A DNA stretch of 64,000 nucleotides from NCBI GenBank assembly GCA_963674745.2, contig CAXXDV010000002.1, positions 1 to 64,000 on the forward strand, in the 5' to 3' direction. This DNA is from Desulfosudaceae bacterium (GTDB lineage: Bacteria > Desulfobacterota > Desulfobacteria > Desulfobacterales > Desulfosudaceae). The first letter of the stretch is position 1. Every line of letters begins with the position of its first letter. Below the pieces are notes generated by a model, which saw only the letters and a program-made list of their open reading frames with translations, did no database searches and had not been told where the DNA came from. Below are positions 30,946 to 42,027 of this stretch, one piece after another. The position numbers and the translations under genes are program-made.

Positions 30946-31233
30946 CTTTGGCTCTAAAATCCTGAATCAGGCGTTCTGAAAGGCGGCTTCGGATATTCTT
31001 AATCGTTAAGGAGGATAAAAAAGCATATTATATTAATATTTTGTGTCTTGAGGCGGCAAGGGCCTCGAGCCTTTCCCGGGCGGTGCAAGAGGCCGGGACA
31101 AGCTGACAGGACAATAATGATTGAACATTATTTATCCGGTATGATATGTCTTTTAAAAACGGGGAAAACATATCAATCGCGCACCGGAAATCAGTTCAGC
31201 ATCTATGGTGTTTGGTGAAAGCCGAGTGTTTCC

Positions 31234-34200
31234 ATGATTCACCTGCTCAGTGAAAAGGCGCAGCAAATCCTTGCTGACCGCTATGACCGGATTGTTGAAA
31301 CAGAATCAGACGAACAAACCGCCACTTATATGGCTGTGGACCGTCAGACCGGTCAGGTGGTAAGGGTGCGTTTGTTTGCAATGGATAAACGTTTTCCAGA
31401 GGCCGACAAAAAACTCATTAAATACGTGTCTCAACTGGCTGGCCTGACCTCCGACCATGTCCTTAAAATCCACAACTATCAGGAAGTGCATGCCAATAAT
31501 ACCTTGGGTGTTCTGGTGATTCAGGAATCATTTAATGGCGTGTTATTGCATGATATGCTGCCCTCGTTTCACCGCATGCTTCAATTAGAGGGGTATGCCA
31601 ATCGGGAGTTCTGTTTTGTCGCTGTTCAGATGGCAGAGGGCCTTCGTGCCATTCACGGAGCCGGCCTGGTCCATTGCGCCGTCAACCCGCATGGCTTTTA
31701 TTTTGATCCCGCAACCCGCCAGTTCAAACTTGACGGCCTGGCCTGGGAACACGCCTGGCTGAAGGAAAGGGATGATTTCGCGGATGACGCTTTTGAATCT
31801 GCGCTCCCCTATCTTTCGCCGGAACAGGCCGGACGCCTCGAGCATACCGTTGATTTCCGGGCCAATCTATATTCTTTAGGGGTGCTTTTTTATGAAATGA
31901 TGACGGGCCAACATCCTTTTTCCGCTACCGGTCCGTCAGGTGTATTATACGGGCATACGGCCCGGACACCGCTTCCGCCATCGGAAGCAAATCCGGCCCT
32001 GGATGCTGCCCTTTCCCGTCTGGTGCTCAAGCTGCTGGCCAAACATCCGGTCGATCGTTATCAGAGCGTGGCCGGACTATTGCGCGATCTGACAGATCTG
32101 ATCGATCGGTTTAAAACCGACAATCAGGCACCTGATTTCGTACCGGGTCGTAAGGATGCCTCCCCGGTATTTACCGTGCCTGACAAGATTTATGGCCGGG
32201 AGCCGGAGATATCTTTTCTGAGGGCCTGTTTTAACCGGGTGCGCGCGGGAGAAACCTGTGTGGTGATGATTACCGGGGATACCGGGGTGGGGAAAACCGA
32301 AGTGGTTCGACAATTGGGCGCATATGTCCGTGAGTCAGGCGGTATTTTTTTGACCGGCAAATATGAGCAGCATCAACAATCCGTTCCCCTTGGCGCGCCC
32401 AAGACGGCAATGAACAGTGCCGCCAAATGGTTGTTGAGCCAGAGCCCGGAAAATATCGAAAAATGGCGTCAGAGAATCATGTCGTCCGTTTCTCCCAACG
32501 GGCAGGTCCTGGTGGATATGATCCCGGAAATGGAACTGGTCATCGGAAAACAACCGCCTCTTTCCGACCTGCCGCCTATGGAAGCCAGTTTGCGGGTGGC
32601 CATGGTCATGGAAAAATTCGGCTCTTTTTTTCTGGAAAAGGAACATCCGGTCGTTTTTTTTATGGATGATATGCAATGGGCCGATAAAGGCAGCCTGTCC
32701 CATGGTCTTGCCTTTATGCTGGCCCGTAAACGTCGTTATAACCTGGTCCTGGGAACGTATCGTGATAACGAGATCGACGACGCCCACCCTTTGGCCCGGT
32801 TTCTTAAGAAGCTTCGAGCTGCCGGTATACCTGTAGAGACAAGACGGTTGTCTCCCCTTGATATAGACCAGACAACGGCCATGGTCGCGGGTGTGCTCTG
32901 TCAGACGGAAAGGCTGGTTGCCCCTCTGGCGAATGTCGTTTTTGAGAAAACCGGCGGCAACCCCTTTTTCATTCGCCAGTTTCTGAGTTCACTACATGCC
33001 GATGAATTGATCCATTATGACATGCATCAGGGGGACTGGACCTGGGATGTGGACCGCATTGCAGTGGCCGACATCACAGACAACGTGGCCCGCCTGGTTT
33101 CCGCGACGATCGACAAACTGCCGACGGCAACCTTGGCGGTCCTGCAGGCGGCCGCCTGCGCGGGCAACCTGATCGATTTGGGTTTATTGGCCCGGGTGTT
33201 ATGCCGGGAGCGGTCCGACATCGAAGCCCATCTGCAGGCAGCTGTGGAGGCCGGCATGTTGCGCCCTTTTAGTGACGCGTCGCCGGTCCGGAAGGTGGAT
33301 GGGAAAGACGTCATTCACATCTGGGAGTTTGCCCATGATCATATCCTTCAGGCGGTTTACCAGACCATTTCCGGGAACCAGGCCCGGGGGCTTCACTGGT
33401 CTATTGGAAAGGCATTGCTGGCAGATGAATTGTCCGGGGCGACCGACAAAAAGATTTTTGATATTGTCCACCAGCTTCAGCGCGGCATGCCGCCGGATCT
33501 GCCATTGGATGAAAAAAACAAGCTGGCCCGCCTCAACCTGACAGCGGGTCAAATCGCCATGGCGTCGGTCGGCTTTGAAGCCGCGGCCCGATATTTTCGT
33601 CAGGCCTGCAGCCTGTTGCCCGCCGATACCTGGAACAGGCACTATGAACTCAGCGCCGACATTCATGCCGGCCTGGCCAAGTGCGATTTTGTACTCGGTG
33701 ATTTCGATTCCTCGGAGCGTCTGTTTGGATTGTTGCTGCAGAAAGCACCTTCGCTGCTGGATCGGGCGGTGGCCTACAATGCCATGATAGAACTCCACAC
33801 GGCTGCCGGGAATATCGACAAGGCCCTTATGCTGGGACGCCGGGCGCTGGATATGCTGGGGATCACCCTTCCACAACGCACCAGCCGCTTCAAGATTTTA
33901 TTGCTTCTGTTCAAACTGCGTTTTGTGTGGGGCTTTCGAAGACTGTCCTCGATAATGGATGTGCCGGAGAACGAGGACGAACTGCTGAACACGACCGAAA
34001 CACTGTTGGCCAATATCGGCTTGCCCACTTTTTATGTCGATCCCCTGCTGTGCCTCTGGATTCTTGCCACCGGGATTCTGATGGGCATTAAAAATCCAAA
34101 GAAAGGCGTTCCCGTTCAGCACGCGCCATTGGGTTTGATCGTTCTGGGGGCCTTTATGGGGTCCATGTTCGGTTTTATCGGCATGGGCAGGCTTTACGCC

Positions 34201-36476
34201 AAAGTCGGGATGCGGATGCTTGAACGTCAATCACCGGGCACGCACCGGGCCATTGCTTATTTTGTATCTGCCTATTTCAACCGGCATTGGTACCAGCCGG
34301 CGCGAAAAAATATCGATTCCTTCAAGCGGGCTTATCGTCAGGCCTTAAGGTCCGGCAATGTCAGCTATGCCGGCCTTAGTGTCAACGGGATGCTTATGGT
34401 CCGTCTCTTCCTGGGTGATAATCTGGACGATATCTACACCCATCACAAACGCTATGGAACGTTTATTCGAAATTCCCGTTCTCCTTTTGTCGTGGCCACC
34501 TACACAGTCATTCAACAATTCTATCGAAGTCTCAAAGGATATACGTTTTCTCCTGTCAGCCTGAACGAACCGGGGGTATGACATGGAATCTGAATTCTCG
34601 GCAGCCGTGGACGACGGGAACCTGCTGCTCCAGTTTTTTTTTCCTGCTGTTTCAACTCAAACTTTTTGTGTTTTATCGTCAATGGGATAATGCCGTGGCC
34701 GTGGCTGAAAGAATTCGGACCAAAGGCTACCAGCCGACCGGCACGCTGATTCTGACGGAGTATTATTTTTTTACTTTTTTAAGTGCCATCGCCCTGGTCT
34801 CAGCCGGAACCCCCCTGGAGCAGTCTCTGCGATGCCGACAGCAGGCCGCCTTGTCTATGAAAAAAATGAAGCACTGGCGCCGGTTGCGGCCGGATAATTT
34901 TGAACCCATGTTGCGTTTGATGGAGGCCGAACAGGCCAGAACGGACAGCCGTCCTTCCAAAGTTCTGCAGCGTTACCGGCAGGCGGTGGCCTCGGCCACG
35001 GCCGGCGGTTACACCCATCTGGTTGCCATGGCCTGTGAATCCGCCGGTAACTTTCTGTCGGCTCATGGGGACAAAATCGCGGCCCGGGCATACCTGGTTG
35101 AGGCCAAAAAAGCCTATGAAGTATGGGGCGCTACGGCAAAAGCCAGGGATATGGAAAAACAGTATGCCGCTGTTTTCTCCGCTGTTCCGGAACGAGCACC
35201 TTCTGTTCTGGAAAGAATGGATCACAATGCCCGTGGTCGATGCCCTGCAGGCGGTTTCTCAGGAGATTGTGGTAAGAAACCTGCTGACCCGTTTGATGGA
35301 GATCACCATGGAAGCCACCGGTGCCAATCGGGCCGTGTTCATCTCCAACAAAAACAATCAGCTTTTTATGGAAGTTGAGCGCCGGAGCGACGAAACCGGT
35401 CAAACACGGCTGAAAGCCGAGCCGTTGCCGCACCAGAAAAAAGAACTGATGCCGTCGGTGGTATATTACGTCAAGCAGACGCAGCAACTGGTTGTCATCA
35501 ATGATGTTAACCGGGCGCCCGTGCCTTTTCATCAAATGGAAGACCGGGTCAATTCACCCCGTTCCCTGGTGTGCATGCCCATGTCCCGGAACAAACGGTT
35601 GGTCGGCATTCTTTATCTTGAGAATACCTTGACCAGCGATGTGTTTACGGATGATCGGATGGAGCTGCTCAAGCTGATTGCTTCCCAGGCGGCAATATCA
35701 TTTGAAAACGCCACCCTTTATGAACATGTGGCGAAAAATGAACAGGAACTCAAACAGCTGTCTGAAAAGTTGCGAAACCTCTACTCAGAACTCATGTTGA
35801 CCGAGGAACGGGAACGCCGCCGCATTGCCACTGAACTCCATGACCGCATCGGCCATTCCCTGGCCGGGGCGAAAATCGGTCTGGGGGTTATGGCCCAGGA
35901 CGCTGACGCCGATCAACGTCAACGACTGGCCGACATCATTGGGATGATCGATCAGTCCATTACCGATACCCGCACCCTGACGTTCGAGCTCAGCCCGCCG
36001 ATTCTCTATCATCTGGGCCTGGGCGCGGCTTTAGACTGGCTTTGTGAAGAAACGCAGAAAAAACATGGCATGAAAGTGATTTTTACCGATACCTTAGAAG
36101 ATGCGCTTATTGATCTAAAAATTGAAGTTCTTTGCTTCCAAATCCTTCGGGAATTAATGTTCAATGCCGTCAAACATTCCCGGGCGCGTCTGATCCGTTT
36201 GACTTTGCGTTCGGGAAAAGAACCGGTTGCACCTGACCATTCAGGACGACGGCATCGGTTTTTGATCTTTCCCGACATGGATCCGGTGATTATATGCCCG
36301 GCAGCGGGTTCGGGCTGTTCAGCATCAATGAGCGCTTAAGGTTGGTGGAAGGGAAAATGAAAATTGATACCGGTGAAAACAAGGGAACATTGATCGAAAT
36401 TGTTTTGCCCCTGAAATCAGCTGATGAAAATCCGTCTGAAGTGGATTTAAATGGCAGGGATCGCCGCCTAGGATAG
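31234..36476 (+). pseudogene. Giant hybrid sensor: degenerate Ser/Thr kinase - AAA ATPase - helical region - GAF - HisKA_3/HATPase; one gene split by five +1 homopolymer frameshifts (true pseudogene or assembly error)
   Basis: PYLSPEQAGR, GDTGVGKT, FMDDMQWAD, TGGNPFF, GILYLEN, ELHDRIGHSL, FNAVKHS, reconstructed IQDDGIGFD and GFGLFSINER; removing 5 nt gives 5238 nt, one 1745-aa frame. Confidence 0.85.
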
Positions 36477-36506
36477 TAACCGGTAGGTTAAATTAAAGGA
36501 GGGATC

Positions 36507-37157
36507 ATGATTTCAGTCCTTGTCGCAGATGACCACGCCATCATTCGTGACGGTGTCTGCAGCCTGCTGGAAGATATTCCCGGTTTGAGAGTGGTCGGGC
36601 AGGCCGAAAACGGCCGTAAAGCCCTGGATCTTGCCGTCGAACTAAAGCCGGATATCATCATTATGGATATCAGCATGCCCGAATTAAACGGCTTTGAAGC
36701 CGCCCGTCAGATTCGGGAGGAGGTGCCCGGGACAAAGATTATCGCACTCTCCATGTACGCTGAAAAACGTTATGTGCTGGGGATGTTGAAGGCCGGTGTG
36801 TCCGGTTATCTGATCAAGGATTGCGCCTTTCAGGAGTTGGCCGAAGCCATTAGCGTTGTGCACCGCGGGGAAACCTATCTGAGTCCCAAGATAGCCGATA
36901 CCGTTCGCAAGGCCCTGCTGGACAGTATTGAAAAAACCCCGGTGACGTTGTCCGAGGAACTGACTGAAAGGGAACGGCAGGTGTTGCAGCTCATGGCCGA
37001 AGGCGTGAAGACCCGCGATATTGCCGAAGAACTTCATATCAGCGTTAAGACAGTGGAAACTTATCGCGGCAGTATTATGAGGAAACTGAATCTGTACAGC
37101 GTTGCCGAACTAACCAAATTTGCCGTTCGCGAGGGTTTGACGCCGCTTGAGAAATAA
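36507..37157 (+). CDS. NarL/LuxR-family response regulator
   Basis: VLVADDH, MDISMP, LTERERQVLQLMAEG..IAEELHISVKTVETYR; AAGGAGG RBS. Confidence 0.96.
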   Translation: MISVLVADDHAIIRDGVCSLLEDIPGLRVVGQAENGRKALDLAVELKPDIIIMDISMPELNGFEAARQIREEVPGTKIIALSMYAEKRYVLGMLKAGVSGYLIKDCAFQELAEAISVVHRGETYLSPKIADTVRKALLDSIEKTPVTLSEELTERERQVLQLMAEGVKTRDIAEELHISVKTVETYRGSIMRKLNLYSVAELTKFAVREGLTPLEK

Positions 37158-37189
37158 TCAAAACTTGGACGGACTTTTTTACGAAACCA

Positions 37190-38047
37190 TCATTTTCTGG
37201 CGTGATCCTCGATCCAGTCGGCCACCAGGTGAAGTACCGGCTCCCGTTTTTCCGGGGGCTCGTTCATGGTTTCGTGGCGCAACCCCTCAAAAATTTTCAT
37301 CGTTTTGTCCGGACTGGCCGCCTGTTCGAAAAACCGTCGACTTCCCTCGGCTGAGACAATGACATCGTTGGCGCCGTGAAACACCAGCAGGGGCAGGGTG
37401 ATGTCCGGTGCCCGATCCAGGCATTGGCCGGTGGCGGTAAGGAATTCAGTGAGCCATTGAAATGTGATCTTGTCGTGTACCAGAGGGTCCTGTAAGTAGG
37501 CCATCACCGTTTCCTGGTCTGAGGACAAGTTGTCAGGATTGAGGTTGTTGCTCCGGGAGGCCCGGGGCATGAACCTGACCAGCATATTTGCGATCAGTCG
37601 TTGAATGAAAGATACCGGTATGGTGGGTTCAAAACCCGGAGAAGAGAGTATCAGGGCGTCGATATCGCCTGGAAAAGTCAATGCGTGAAAGGCCGCAATC
37701 ACCCCCCCCATGCTGTGCCCCAGCAGGATTAGCGGCAGATCCGGAAATTCGGGCCGGATCAGGGTGGTGATATACTGGTTGATGTCCTGGCAGTATTCGG
37801 AAAACCGCTCTGTGTGGCCCCGTTTCCCGCCTGATTTTCCATGGCCTTTATGATCCAGGGCAAAAAATGAGATTTGCCGGTCCCGCATCTCATTGATAAG
37901 ATGTTTATATCGCCCTGAATGCTCACCCAGTCCGTGACATAAAAAGACAAGTCCCCGGGGTGCTTCCACGGCCCAGCTTCTGTAAAAGATCCGGATGTTA
38001 TCCTTGTTCAGAAATACCCCCATGCTGTGCTGGTAGCCTTTCTGCAT
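37190..38047 (-). CDS. Alpha/beta hydrolase, lysophospholipase/monoacylglycerol lipase family
   Basis: HGLGEHSGRY, GHGKSGG, GHSMGG nucleophile elbow, HETMNE. Confidence 0.92.
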   Translation of the reverse strand: MQKGYQHSMGVFLNKDNIRIFYRSWAVEAPRGLVFLCHGLGEHSGRYKHLINEMRDRQISFFALDHKGHGKSGGKRGHTERFSEYCQDINQYITTLIRPEFPDLPLILLGHSMGGVIAAFHALTFPGDIDALILSSPGFEPTIPVSFIQRLIANMLVRFMPRASRSNNLNPDNLSSDQETVMAYLQDPLVHDKITFQWLTEFLTATGQCLDRAPDITLPLLVFHGANDVIVSAEGSRRFFEQAASPDKTMKIFEGLRHETMNEPPEKREPVLHLVADWIEDHARK

Positions 38048-38304
38048 CGTGCTATTCTCCTTTGTATGTTTTTATGTTTATTATAAAGGATGTCCTTGAC
38101 GATACAAAAGAAATTTTATAAACAAAAGATATTCCGACGTTTAAAGGAGACAAACGCACCGGTTAACGTGAATTCCCCAAGGTATTTTCCACAATAACAG
38201 TTGAATACGGCGTCCCGGGTCGGCTATAAAAATAATGATGCCTTAAGGGCTTTTTTATAACGATTTATTATTATATAATATTTAAGTTGTGATGGGGGGG
38301 GCGT

Positions 38305-38867
38305 ATGGCGATTACGGTCAAGGGAACGGTGTTAACCGATCTGGTCAAGATTGTCCGTAAGGAACGGCAACTGGGCTGGGACGATTACCTGCAGCCGGAG
38401 GACTGGGATATCATCAACGGAGATATCCTGGCCACCCAGTGGTATCCGGGTGATTTTTTTACCGGCTTTCTTATGCCGTGTACAAGGTGGTCGGCCATTC
38501 TGATCTGAACATCTGTTTTGCATTCGGAAAGATTGCCGTCCATAACATGATCGAAATATACAAGAACATACTTGTCCCCGGGGATCCGGCCGTCAGTATG
38601 GAACGCTTTATCACCCGCCGAAAATCTTTTTTCAGGGGGGATTACTCCAGCGCTGAAACCGGTGAACTCAAAAACGGTCAAGGCTGGCTGACGTTTCTTT
38701 ATACCAATGCCGAACCGAGCGTAAAAGGGGGGGAAGTCGCCGGGGTGATTGCCCATTCAGTCGCCGGCGCACTGGCTGAACTGGCCGATCTGACCGGCGG
38801 CCGGAATGTCTTTTCCAACGTGGTTCAGAAGGGCGAGTATTTCGAGATCAAGATCAAGTGGGATTAG
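38305..38867 (+). pseudogene. Hypothetical protein (DUF2378/H-NOX-V4R-like), split by a -1 frameshift in a T7 run at 38454-38460
   Basis: Adding one T joins ORF 38305 (VKGTVL..WYP) to ORF 38478 via GDFFYRLSYAVYKVV; ends FEIKIKWD. Confidence 0.65.
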
Positions 38868-38961
38868 CCCGAATATTACCAACTCGTGGGATGTCCGGGG
38901 AAGGCTTGGCCCGAACGGGTTTGGGATACCGCCGGCATTTGACTTAACGCCATTTAAGGTA

Positions 38962-40377
38962 CTATTTTTTGCCCGATTGCCGTCTGAAGGCATCCGCCCG
39001 AATATTATAACGCCGCATAATCTGCTGCAACGCCTGGCGTTCCAGACCGCATTCTCTGGCCGCCTGGGTGACGTTTCCGCCAGTTTTTTCCAGAAGATGA
39101 CCGATATAATCATTGTTGAACATTACCAGGGCTGATTCCTTGGCACCCTTGTAGGGAAGGCCCTGGAAAGAGCCCGGACCGGACGAAGGCGCTGCCGGCG
39201 CCTGTTTGTTTTTTAATTCAATGTCTTTCGATGTTATCTGATCTGTTTTCGAGAACATGATACCTTGAACAATAACGTTTTCCAGCTCGCGGATATTTCC
39301 CGGCCAGGAATAATCCATGAATAAACGGCGCAGTTCAGTAGAAATCTGTTTCTGCGGCTTATTAAGTTTGGCGCAGTGCTTTTCCAGCAGGTGGCTGATC
39401 AGCAGCGAAATATCCCCCTGTCTTTCTCTTAGTGGCGGCAGGTGAACGGGCAGGACATTGAGTCGGAAGAAAAAGTCTTCACGGAATTCACCTTTGCTGA
39501 TTTTTTCTTTCAGGTCCTGATTGGTGGAGGCGATGATACGGACATCCACCTTGATGGTAGCTGTATCGCCCAGGGGCTTGATCTCTTTCTCCTGTAAAAC
39601 GCGCAACAGTTTCGTCTGGATGGTGGGGCTGATATCACCGATTTCATCCAGGAAGATGGATCCTTTATGCGCTTCCTGGAACATGCCCCGCTTATTACCT
39701 GTGGCATGGGTAAAGGCGCCTTTTTTGTATCCGAAAAGTTCACTTTCCAGGATCTGCTCCGGTACGGTGGGGCAGTTTACCGGAACAAAGGGGGCTTTTG
39801 AGCGGTTGCTGAGGGCGTGGATGGCTTTTGCCGTCAGGTCTTTACCGGTTCCGGATTCCCCGGTAATCAATACCGTCAGGTCGGTATTGGCCACCATGTG
39901 GATGGTTTCGAAAACCCGTTGCATGGGCGGACTTTGCCCGACGATATTCTGAAAGACATGAACGTTTTCACATACTTTTTTCAGCCGCGTGTTTTCCCTG
40001 ATCAAAGAGCTGCGTTCCAGCGCTTTCTCCAGCCTGACAAGCAGTGAGTCATGGTCAAAGGGCTTGGTGATAAAATCATAAGCCCCCATTTTGATCGCTT
40101 CCACGGCTGTGTCAATAGAACCGTGGGCCGTCATCATCACCACCGTCAGGTCGGGCATATTTTCTTTTATTCTGTGGAGCAGGGCCAATCCGTCCATTCC
40201 CGGCATTTTGATGTCGGCCAGAACCAGGTCAAAATGGTCCTCATCAATTTTTTCCAATGCGGCCTTACCCGAGGAAGCTGTTTCCACCCGGCAGTTTAAA
40301 TCCGGCTCCAGGGCGCGTTTTAACAGGTGCAGCATATCGGTTTCGTCATCAACAATCAGTATGGATTTAAGACTCAT
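38962..40377 (-). CDS. Sigma54-dependent NtrC-family response regulator
   Basis: Receiver domain; GESGTGKD, ESELFG, GAFTHA, FLDEIGD, WPGNIRELEN; Fis-type HTH. Confidence 0.96.
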   Translation of the reverse strand: MSLKSILIVDDETDMLHLLKRALEPDLNCRVETASSGKAALEKIDEDHFDLVLADIKMPGMDGLALLHRIKENMPDLTVVMMTAHGSIDTAVEAIKMGAYDFITKPFDHDSLLVRLEKALERSSLIRENTRLKKVCENVHVFQNIVGQSPPMQRVFETIHMVANTDLTVLITGESGTGKDLTAKAIHALSNRSKAPFVPVNCPTVPEQILESELFGYKKGAFTHATGNKRGMFQEAHKGSIFLDEIGDISPTIQTKLLRVLQEKEIKPLGDTATIKVDVRIIASTNQDLKEKISKGEFREDFFFRLNVLPVHLPPLRERQGDISLLISHLLEKHCAKLNKPQKQISTELRRLFMDYSWPGNIRELENVIVQGIMFSKTDQITSKDIELKNKQAPAAPSSGPGSFQGLPYKGAKESALVMFNNDYIGHLLEKTGGNVTQAARECGLERQALQQIMRRYNIRADAFRRQSGKK

Positions 40378-41531
40378 TCCGGCTCCTCGTCTCCGGTTAA
40401 CATCGGCAGGGTAATGATAAATTCCGTGCCATGTTCCGGTTCGCTTGAGACTTCAATCTGTCCGCCATGGCTTTGAATGATACCATAGCTGACCGCCAGG
40501 CCAAGTCCGGTACCTTCTCCGGTTGGCTTGGTGGTAAAAAAAGGGTCGAAAATCCGGCTTAAGTTTTCTTTTTCAATACCGTATCCGTCATCCCTGATAC
40601 GGATTTGTACCTGACAGTTGTCGGCGTCGTAGACGGTGCCGATGACAATGGTGCCCCTGTTGCCGGTGGCATGCTGAGCGTTCATCAGCAGGTTCATCAG
40701 TACCTGTTTTATTTTTTCACCATCCAGGATTACCGCCGGTGTGTTCTGGTCATATTCTTTTATAATCGAAACTGCGTCCTGTTTTGACCGTCGCTGGATA
40801 AAGGCCAGTACATCATCGATCAGGTCGTTCAACCGGACGCGGCTCTGTTCCGGTTTTGAACTCCTGGCAAAGTTTAACAGGTCTTCAACAATCGCTTTAC
40901 AGGCTTTGACATGTTTTTCGATGACTTTCAGGTCCTCGTGTTTCTGAGAACCCGGTTCTTCGTTACGCGAGAGCAGCTGCGTATATCCCAGAATAATGCC
41001 CAGTGGATTATTGATTTCATGGGCGATACCCGATGAAAGCTGGCCGATGGAGGCCAGTTTGTCCGCTTGGGCGATCTGCTTTTCAGAACGGGCCAGGGCC
41101 CTGGTTCGCTCGACAACTCTTTTTTCAAGCGTTTCATTCAGATCAAGGACCCGGTCATGGGCCTGGATCAGGGCGGCCTGGTCATCTGAAATCTGATGGT
41201 AGATCTGCCACACCCTTTCGAAAAACAGGGTAATCGCCGCTACGATGATCAGCAGGAATGTGTTGACGCCGCCGCTGTATGGGCTGATCATGGCCCAGGC
41301 TTCCGGATTGCCCGACATGATCAGCAGCTGTTTGAGAATATGGCCGGCTGATCGTGAAACGGCGAATCCGCAAAGACAGTAGGAAACCCATGACAGGTAA
41401 GTCCAGATAACGTTTTCAGGGGCATTGCGGCTTAACTGGCGGACATGCAATATGCATAAAAAAGAGAGTACAATCATGCAGACGGCCCCTGCCGTATCCA
41501 CAAACCATATGGGTAGTGAGCTGATTGTCAT
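40374..41531 (-). CDS. Membrane sensor histidine kinase (intramembrane-type N-terminus)
   Basis: AHEINNPL, NLLMNA, DDGYGI, FDPFFTTK, GTGLGL; start moved to ATG 41531 (ATGA overlap with the upstream gene). Confidence 0.93.
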   Translation of the reverse strand: MTISSLPIWFVDTAGAVCMIVLSFLCILHVRQLSRNAPENVIWTYLSWVSYCLCGFAVSRSAGHILKQLLIMSGNPEAWAMISPYSGGVNTFLLIIVAAITLFFERVWQIYHQISDDQAALIQAHDRVLDLNETLEKRVVERTRALARSEKQIAQADKLASIGQLSSGIAHEINNPLGIILGYTQLLSRNEEPGSQKHEDLKVIEKHVKACKAIVEDLLNFARSSKPEQSRVRLNDLIDDVLAFIQRRSKQDAVSIIKEYDQNTPAVILDGEKIKQVLMNLLMNAQHATGNRGTIVIGTVYDADNCQVQIRIRDDGYGIEKENLSRIFDPFFTTKPTGEGTGLGLAVSYGIIQSHGGQIEVSSEPEHGTEFIITLPMLTGDEEPE

Positions 41532-42013
41532 TCTTTGTTTTCCCCGTGGTCCTGTAGAGAATGTGGGGCGGCTTTGGCGGTTGCGTTCAGGCGCCTTAAC
41601 CCCAGGTACATGCACAGCAATGCCGGCACACACCAGAGATGATCCATTTTGGCCAGGTAGTAGATCAGGGCGGCAAACAGGCTCTTTGCTTGAATATGCA
41701 CCTGCCAGGGCCCGGTTTGCGTCATATGGACCCAGTGATAATGCTCATCCATCAAGTGGGTTGCAAAGGCGTCTATTGTCCATATCATGAACAGGGCCGC
41801 AGCATACTGGATATATCGCCAGCCGATTTCTCGGTCCAACCTGCGGCCCCTGATCCAGTAGATCAGCAATCCCATGGAAAGAAGAAAAAAAACATGGGAA
41901 AACTGATGTACAATCAGCCCTTCAGGATCGCCGTGGGTCTGCGTCGCGCCGGCCGGCACGGCGACCATCAGCAGGGCCGGTAACATGATGGCCAGTATTA
42001 ATTTGCGTTTCAC
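41528..42013 (-). CDS. His-rich hypothetical membrane protein coupled to the histidine kinase
   Basis: Signal-like N-terminus, about 3-4 TM; HQFSH, THLMD, MDHLW. Confidence 0.75.
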   Translation of the reverse strand: MKRKLILAIMLPALLMVAVPAGATQTHGDPEGLIVHQFSHVFFLLSMGLLIYWIRGRRLDREIGWRYIQYAAALFMIWTIDAFATHLMDEHYHWVHMTQTGPWQVHIQAKSLFAALIYYLAKMDHLWCVPALLCMYLGLRRLNATAKAAPHSLQDHGENKE

Positions 42014-42027
42014 GGATTTTTTTCCGG

